Shown here in pieces: positions 17,763-22,794 of a stretch of DNA of 22,794 nt. Source of the DNA: a candidate division WOR-3 bacterium (lineage in GTDB: Bacteria > Hydrothermota > Tepidihabitantia > Tepidihabitantales > CAIPLT01); the NCBI GenBank assembly GCA_965649215.1, contig CBFGJZ010000026.1, positions 1 to 22,794 of the forward strand. The letters run 5' to 3'. Made by a program: the position numbers and the translations under genes. How positions within the stretch are numbered: the first letter of the stretch is position 1; every line of letters begins with the position of its first letter. The notes under the pieces are model-generated. The model ran no database searches, was not told the origin of the DNA, and saw nothing but the letters and a program-made list of their open reading frames with translations.

Positions 17763-17799
17763 AACGCCTCCCTTCTTAATATTTATTATATTTAAGTAC

Positions 17800-17827
17800 A
17801 TTTTACTTGATTTTTTAGGATTGTCAA
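17800..17827 (-). promoter_or_regulatory. Putative sigma70 promoter of pal-cpoB-tolQRA
   Basis: TTGACA (17827-17822), 16 nt, TAAAAT (17805-17800). Confidence 0.65.
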
Positions 17828-17897
17828 CACTAAGATGTTTTTATTATTTAAATTGATTGTTATTGTTAACTAATTATTATGGTTCGATTGCGTATAT

Positions 17898-19535
17898 TCA
17901 CTCAGTTAAGTGAGAGAGAAACGGGTATCGGCCTTGAAATTGTGTTGGACGATAATCCGGAAGTAGCATCGGTGCTTTTCGTGCTTTGTGAATACCTGCT
18001 TTTTGTAATTCATGGTGGTATTGTTTGAGATGGGTTAAAGTGGGTTGGTTATTTATTTTAATTTGCTTCGATTTTAATGCAGCGTGTCGACCAGCTCGAC
18101 GGCCAAACACCAAAATATCAAGCAGCGAATTACCCATCAAACGATTTCGACCATGTACTCCTCCAGATACTTCACCTGCTACATACAGTCCCGCAATGTT
18201 AGTTTCGCCATGCTCATTACATAAAATACCACCGTTTTGATAGTGTTGCGTTGGATACGTTAGCACAGGTTCTTTGGTCATATCAATACCAAATTTTATA
18301 AATTGTCGATACATTGCGGGTAGTTGTTTTACAATCGTGCCAGGACCACTTTTCATTTCAATGAGCGGAGTATCAAGCCAAACACCGCCACCAGTAGCCG
18401 TAATAATCCCTTTTTTACGGTCTTGGACTTCACGAATAATCGCAGAGGCAACAACATCTCTGGTTTCTAAGTCGTAGATAAATCTTTCGCCATCAGCATT
18501 AACTAGTTGAGCCCCAACACCACGGACTTTTTCAGTAATTAATTGACCAAGAATCTGTTCTGGATAAGCAACGCCAGTCGGATGGTATTGAATAGTATCT
18601 AAAAAGATTAGTTTTGCCCCTGCTCGATAACCCAAAACTAAACCGTCGGCGGTTGCACCGTAATGATTAGAAGTGGGAAAGCCTTGAATGTGTAAGCGTC
18701 CCGAACCACCGGTTGCAAGAATTGTGGTTTTTGCCTTGATTGTAAAGATATCGCCATTTTCCATATTAACAAAAACAGCACCGATGCAGTTTTTGTCTTG
18801 ATCTAGTAATAATTCTAAAGCAGCGGTATATTCAAGATATTTTATTTTTTGGTCTAAAAACTCATCTTTCAAACAGCGCATTATTTCTGCTCCAGTATAA
18901 TCACGACAAGGATGCATACGTTTGCGAGAAGTGCCCCCACCATGAATAGAAAGCATTGTGCCGTCATCGGCTTTATCAAAAATAACCCCGAGTTCTTCAA
19001 GCCAACGAATTACTTCAGGACCATCTGTAACTAAAGCATAGACAAGTTCAGGAATATTTTTAAAACCACCACCACCCACGACATCAAGATAATGAATTGC
19101 TGGAGAATCGTTTTCTTTATCGGCGGCTTGAATGCCTCCTTGGGCCATTGTGGTATTAGCATCGGCAATGCGTAGCTTGGTTACTAAAATCACATCGGCT
19201 TGGTTTTGTTTTGCTAATAGTGCCGCAGAAACACCGGCACCACCACCACCAATAATTAAAACATCGGTTTCGTAACGAGGTGACGGTATGACAAAATTAT
19301 CAGGATCGAGATGAGAATAAGCTTCCAAGAGATTAGCAAATTCATGGGGTGTTTTATCACCTTTATTTACACCGACTAAAATCTCCCGCATCGTACCTTT
19401 TTTATAATCAGGGTGATAGGTTTCAAGTAAAGCTGTGCGTTCATCCATACTTAAACGGGGAAAGTCTTGTTTTAAGCGTAAAGGCCGAGTTGCTTCAACC
19501 TTTTTTATTGATTCTTGAAACTGTTGAGGATACAT
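17898..19535 (-). CDS. Fumarate reductase/succinate dehydrogenase-family flavoprotein subunit (non-covalent FAD type)
   Basis: DVLIIGGGGAG, ANTTMAQGG, LATGG, QYHPTG, TEKVRG, ETRD, HYQNGG, AGEV.GGVHGRNRLMGNSL. The dicarboxylate-site His/Glu/Arg residues are retained. Confidence 0.88.
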   Translation of the reverse strand: MYPQQFQESIKKVEATRPLRLKQDFPRLSMDERTALLETYHPDYKKGTMREILVGVNKGDKTPHEFANLLEAYSHLDPDNFVIPSPRYETDVLIIGGGGAGVSAALLAKQNQADVILVTKLRIADANTTMAQGGIQAADKENDSPAIHYLDVVGGGGFKNIPELVYALVTDGPEVIRWLEELGVIFDKADDGTMLSIHGGGTSRKRMHPCRDYTGAEIMRCLKDEFLDQKIKYLEYTAALELLLDQDKNCIGAVFVNMENGDIFTIKAKTTILATGGSGRLHIQGFPTSNHYGATADGLVLGYRAGAKLIFLDTIQYHPTGVAYPEQILGQLITEKVRGVGAQLVNADGERFIYDLETRDVVASAIIREVQDRKKGIITATGGGVWLDTPLIEMKSGPGTIVKQLPAMYRQFIKFGIDMTKEPVLTYPTQHYQNGGILCNEHGETNIAGLYVAGEVSGGVHGRNRLMGNSLLDILVFGRRAGRHAALKSKQIKINNQPTLTHLKQYHHELQKAGIHKARKAPMLLPDYRPTQFQGRYPFLSHLTE

Positions 19536-19577
19536 TTTATTTATTTACACTCCATTTCCATTAATACAAAAATATTT

Positions 19578-20252
19578 TTATGGTTCAATGTCTCTTTTCG
19601 TATATTTTTGTTTTAGTTCATCAAGCGAAGCTTTCATCAAATTTTCGAGTTCTTGGCCAAATTTGTTATCTTTCATTTCTAAAAGCCGTTTATCTAAATG
19701 GGGTGCCTTTTTTAAGATATGAGCACCGAAAATACGACGAGCCGCTAAAGCAACATAGTATTGGACAATTTCGGCGGGACATCGGGTTGCACAAAGCCCA
19801 CACATAATACAATCAAATGATAACTCAGCAACTTTTTTATAATCACCGCGAATTGCGGCATTGATATAATCCATGACTTTAATATCTTGGGGACAAACTT
19901 TGGTGCAACTTCCGCACGAAATACAACGCATAATTTCAGGATACAGAGCACATAAGATTTCGGTCGTGGGTTTAATTTGATTGATATTATGTTGTGCTTT
20001 ATTAGCAGGGTAAAAAGGAATCTGTGCCAAATACATACCATCTTCTATTTTTGTCTGACAAGCAAGTGCGACTTTAAGTTTATATGAGTCTTTAGTTCGA
20101 TAGACTGTGCTACAAGCTCCGCAAAATCCACCACGACAACCACAGCCGCGTACAAACAGAAAACCACAGGCTTCAATGGCTTGAAGAATCGTCAATCCTT
20201 TCGGTACCTGATATTCTTTGCCCATTATATAAATTGTCGCAAATTCACTCAT
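19578..20252 (-). CDS. Fumarate reductase-type iron-sulfur subunit ([2Fe-2S] plus 2x[4Fe-4S])
   Basis: CRGGFCGAC...C [2Fe-2S] motif, CISCGSCTKVCP and CIMCGLCATRCP. Lies between fumarase and the flavoprotein. Confidence 0.85.
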   Translation of the reverse strand: MSEFATIYIMGKEYQVPKGLTILQAIEACGFLFVRGCGCRGGFCGACSTVYRTKDSYKLKVALACQTKIEDGMYLAQIPFYPANKAQHNINQIKPTTEILCALYPEIMRCISCGSCTKVCPQDIKVMDYINAAIRGDYKKVAELSFDCIMCGLCATRCPAEIVQYYVALAARRIFGAHILKKAPHLDKRLLEMKDNKFGQELENLMKASLDELKQKYTKRDIEP

Positions 20253-20255
20253 AGT

Positions 20256-20804
20256 TTATACTTTCCTATACTTCATCATTCCTTGTTCATAGAGGTCATT
20301 ACCATAACAATCATTAACTACCACCACCGGGAAATCTTCAACCGTCAGTTTCATGATTGCTTCAGGTCCTAAATCTTCATAAGCAACTGTTTCACATTTT
20401 TTAATTCGTTTGGCAATCAGTGCAGCGGCACCGCCGACTGCTGCAAAATAAACACCGGTATATTTTTTTAAAGCGTCAATAACTTCAGGGGTTCGATTAC
20501 CTTTACCAATCATTCCTTTCATACCATATTTTAATAGCGCAGGGGTATAGGGATCCATTCGTTCAGATGTGGTTGGACCAGCCGGTCCAATCGGATAACC
20601 TGGTTTAGCGGGGGCCGGACCGACATAATAAATAATCTGACCCTTTAAATCAACGGGTAAGGGTTGATTAGCATTAAGTGCTTCAACCAATCTTTTATGA
20701 GCAGAATCTCGACCTGTATAAATAACTCCGCTGATCAAAACCGAATCACCCGCTTTTAAGTCTTTAACTATTTCATCAGTTAAAGGGGTTGTAATCTTTT
20801 TCAT
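20256..20804 (-). CDS. Class I (Fe-S) fumarate hydratase, beta subunit
   Basis: LKAGD.V.ISG..YTGRDSAHKR, YYVGP, AGPTTSERMD, MIGKG, GGAAAL, DLGPEAI. SD AAGGAGAG. Confidence 0.93.
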   Translation of the reverse strand: MKKITTPLTDEIVKDLKAGDSVLISGVIYTGRDSAHKRLVEALNANQPLPVDLKGQIIYYVGPAPAKPGYPIGPAGPTTSERMDPYTPALLKYGMKGMIGKGNRTPEVIDALKKYTGVYFAAVGGAAALIAKRIKKCETVAYEDLGPEAIMKLTVEDFPVVVVNDCYGNDLYEQGMMKYRKV

Positions 20805-20813
20805 GTTCTCTCC

Positions 20814-21656
20814 TTATAAAGTGGCTGATTTATGTCTTGCCGCATGGCAATTAATATTTACGGCAGTTGGCATACTGGCAATATGACAAGGATAAGTTTC
20901 GATAAAGACTGCCAAAGCAGTAACGCGACCACCAAAACCTTGGGGGCCAATTCCTGTTTTATTGATCTCTTCAAGCAACTCTTTTTCTTTTTCCGCATAG
21001 AATGGGTCTGGATGAACTGAGCCGATCTCTCGGAGGAGTGCTTTTTTTGCTAAGTAGGCTACTTTTTCAAAATTGCCACCAATGCCAACTCCAACCAAAA
21101 TTGGTGGGCAGGGATTAGCTTTTGAGCGCATCACGCGATCTACTACAAATTTCTTGATTCCTTCCCAGCCGGCGGCAGGGGTCAACATTTTTACTTCGGA
21201 CATATTTTCACTGCCGCCGCCTTTCGGGGCAACTGTAATTTTCAATGAATCGCCCGGAACAATTTCAGTATGAATAACTGCTGGTGTATTATCACCCGTA
21301 TTTTTGCGTCGGAGCGGATCTGAAACAATTGATTTACGCAAATAACCTTCTTTGTATCCTTTAGCAACGCCGGCATTAATTGCGTCAAACAATTCGCCAC
21401 CGGTTATTTTAACATTTGAGCCTACTTCTAAAAATACTACCGCAGTACCAGTATCTTGACAAGCTGGAATCATCTCTCTTTTAGCGATTTCGACATTTTC
21501 AATGAGTTGATTGAGAATATCTTTGCCGGTTGGGGATTCTTCAATTTTAAGGCCGGATTTAAAAGCATTAACAATGTCATCACCAATTAAACAATTGGCG
21601 TCGATACACAATTTCGCAACGGTATCGACAATATCTTGATATTTAATCTCTTTCAA
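20814..21656 (-). CDS. Class I (Fe-S) fumarate hydratase, alpha subunit
   Basis: CQDTG, GYLRKSIV.DP..R.NTGDN.P, KGGGSEN, NPCPP, GIGPQG.GG, CHIAS, CHAARH. TTG start with SD AAGGAG. Confidence 0.93.
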   Translation of the reverse strand: MKEIKYQDIVDTVAKLCIDANCLIGDDIVNAFKSGLKIEESPTGKDILNQLIENVEIAKREMIPACQDTGTAVVFLEVGSNVKITGGELFDAINAGVAKGYKEGYLRKSIVSDPLRRKNTGDNTPAVIHTEIVPGDSLKITVAPKGGGSENMSEVKMLTPAAGWEGIKKFVVDRVMRSKANPCPPILVGVGIGGNFEKVAYLAKKALLREIGSVHPDPFYAEKEKELLEEINKTGIGPQGFGGRVTALAVFIETYPCHIASMPTAVNINCHAARHKSATL

Positions 21657-21669
21657 AGTCGCTCCTTTC

Positions 21670-22329
21670 TTATATTTTTGACATATTTAAAACCCAAATT
21701 TCCGAATTTTGGGGTAATGTTTCTTTACTGATTTCAATCGTTGATTTTGAGATCTTTTTAACATTATCTTTACCTTTAATGAACTCATCAACTTTAGCAA
21801 TGGGAAAATCTAAAGCCGATGTTTTATAATGCATTGGGATCATCACTTTTGGTTTTAATGAGTTATATATTTCAGTAGCGACTTTATGGTCAATGGTGAA
21901 ATAACCACCCACGGGGGCGAGAAGAATATCAATCGGTTTGAGTTGGGAGTAGTCATTTTCTGAAAGATTGTGTCCTAAATCACCGAGGTGTGCTATTCTG
22001 ATACCATCGGCTTCAATTACAAAAATAATATTTTTACCACGAGCACTACCATTTTGAGTGTCGTGATAGGAATTGAGGCCAGTAATTTTGATATCTTTAA
22101 TGGTAGTGCTGCCGACATTCTTGATCACATGTGCTTGTGTTAAAATATCGGTTAAGCAATTATGATCAGCATGATCATGACTAATTAAAACAATATCAGC
22201 TTTTTCATTAATTGGTTTATACCCCAACGCATTATTAAAACATCCTGCCTCATAAGGATCAGTAATTATTCTTATATTTTTTTCCGTTTCAATTAAAAAA
22301 GACGCATGGGCTAAAAATGTAATTTTCAT
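21670..22329 (-). CDS. MBL-fold metallo-hydrolase (UlaG/Lactamase_B_3-like)
   Basis: HASFLI, ITDPY, SHDHADH, YHD...G..RG.N, HLGDLGH, PVGG..TID, PMHY. Confidence 0.92.
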   Translation of the reverse strand: MKITFLAHASFLIETEKNIRIITDPYEAGCFNNALGYKPINEKADIVLISHDHADHNCLTDILTQAHVIKNVGSTTIKDIKITGLNSYHDTQNGSARGKNIIFVIEADGIRIAHLGDLGHNLSENDYSQLKPIDILLAPVGGYFTIDHKVATEIYNSLKPKVMIPMHYKTSALDFPIAKVDEFIKGKDNVKKISKSTIEISKETLPQNSEIWVLNMSKI

Positions 22330-22351
22330 AGTTGAATTCTAAATATAGATA

Positions 22352-22379
22352 ATTCTATAAAAATTTACTTATAAGTCAA
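22352..22379 (-). promoter_or_regulatory. Putative sigma70 promoter of the MBL-fumarase-fumarate reductase operon
   Basis: TTGACT (22379-22374), 16 nt, TAGAAT (22357-22352). Confidence 0.6.
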
Positions 22380-22386
22380 TATGCAC

Positions 22387-22414
22387 TTGACTTTTAGTGA
22401 ACATATTTTAAAAT
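22387..22414 (+). promoter_or_regulatory. Putative sigma70 promoter of the divergent lipoprotein gene
   Basis: TTGACT (22387-22392), 16 nt, TAAAAT (22409-22414). Confidence 0.6.
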
Positions 22415-22441
22415 GGAATTAGCGGCTTAAAAGAAATAAGT

Positions 22442-22794
22442 ATGAAAACTAAATTATGCTGGGATTGGGTGTTGTTTTTCTTAATTATAATCATAGCTTG
22501 TGATAACAAGGATGAAACACTTATACCACTTGATAATCCCATCTTACCTGGGCGTGGTTTTTATATGGGCGTTTTGCCAACACCCGCAGTTAATCAGTCT
22601 TTTGATAGTGCTTATAGACAGGTGAGTTATTATGCTGAATTTGTACCGATCTGGGGGCGACCAACACCGTTTTATAATTTAGCGAATGAAATTGCAGGTA
22701 GCTGGGGTCGGACTTTTGTCACTAATTTAACTCGTGGTAATGGTATGTTTCCGATTATTCATATGTCTTTTATCGGTGTTGGAATGAGTTTGAT
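22442..22794 (+). CDS. Hypothetical lipoprotein, 3'-truncated by window edge (absent from ORF track)
   Basis: ATG 22442 opens a frame with no stop to the window end: MKTKLCWDWVLFFLIIIIA|CDNKDETLIPLDNPILPGRGFYMGVLPTP...AEFVPIWGRPTPFY... Lipobox IIAC at Cys20, with a promoter directly upstream. Confidence 0.8.
   Translation, partial: MKTKLCWDWVLFFLIIIIACDNKDETLIPLDNPILPGRGFYMGVLPTPAVNQSFDSAYRQVSYYAEFVPIWGRPTPFYNLANEIAGSWGRTFVTNLTRGNGMFPIIHMSFIGVGMSL

Noticed and set aside
17898..19535. L-aspartate oxidase (nadB) assignment
   Set aside because: It lacks the EGGHS Glu, has an Fe-S partner and fumarase neighbours, and no nadA or nadC is adjacent.
16516..21113. KOPS-like GGGNAGGG octamers on the plus strand (16516-16523, 21106-21113)
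   Set aside because: Only two spotted by eye, both explained by Pro-containing codons of minus-strand genes. A genome-wide skew test would be needed.
356..21273. Short alternative-frame or antisense ORFs in the track (e.g. 356-580, 1521-1724, 2519-2851, 5487-5825, 11749-12153, 16194-16496, 19745-20041)
   Set aside because: They lie within or largely overlap well-supported genes, show no recognisable motifs and look like shadow ORFs.
20256..21656. L-tartrate dehydratase (ttdAB) assignment
   Set aside because: The alpha subunit has KGGGSEN rather than the TtdA-type GGGC motif, and the context is fumarate reduction.
1..22794. CRISPR arrays, tRNA/rRNA genes, IS elements, prophage or defence genes
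   Set aside because: No regularly spaced repeats, RNA-gene signatures, transposases or integrases seen. Intergenic gaps are short apart from 649-1014.

Overview
AT-rich bacterial chromosomal window from a diderm anaerobe. The mix of Tol-Pal, T9SS-CTD-like secreted proteins with GNNT-x-EFW repeats and sigma70-type promoters suggests a WOR-3/FCB-related lineage (inference). It is mostly core and metabolic genes. From left: the 3' end of a beta-propeller/CTD secreted protein; a minus-strand DUF3467-tRNA nucleotidyltransferase-M50 protease-ftsK operon; a SAM methyltransferase; then a long minus-strand run, in transcription order: MBL hydrolase, split class I fumarate hydratase, Fe-S and flavoprotein subunits of an anchor-less fumarate reductase, pal-cpoB-tolQ-tolR-tolA with no tolB, dnaE, a divergent butyrate kinase, iorA-iorB and a small CTD-bearing secreted protein; finally the 5' end of a lipoprotein missing from the ORF track. 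I saw no mobile element, CRISPR array or RNA gene. The most unusual points are a soluble two-subunit fumarate reductase (non-covalent FAD, two [4Fe-4S] motifs, no anchor), a Pal whose peptidoglycan-binding Asp is replaced by Cys in a permuted tolB-less cluster, a Buk with many motif substitutions next to IOR, and an FtsK with an extra membrane unit and an enlarged linker.
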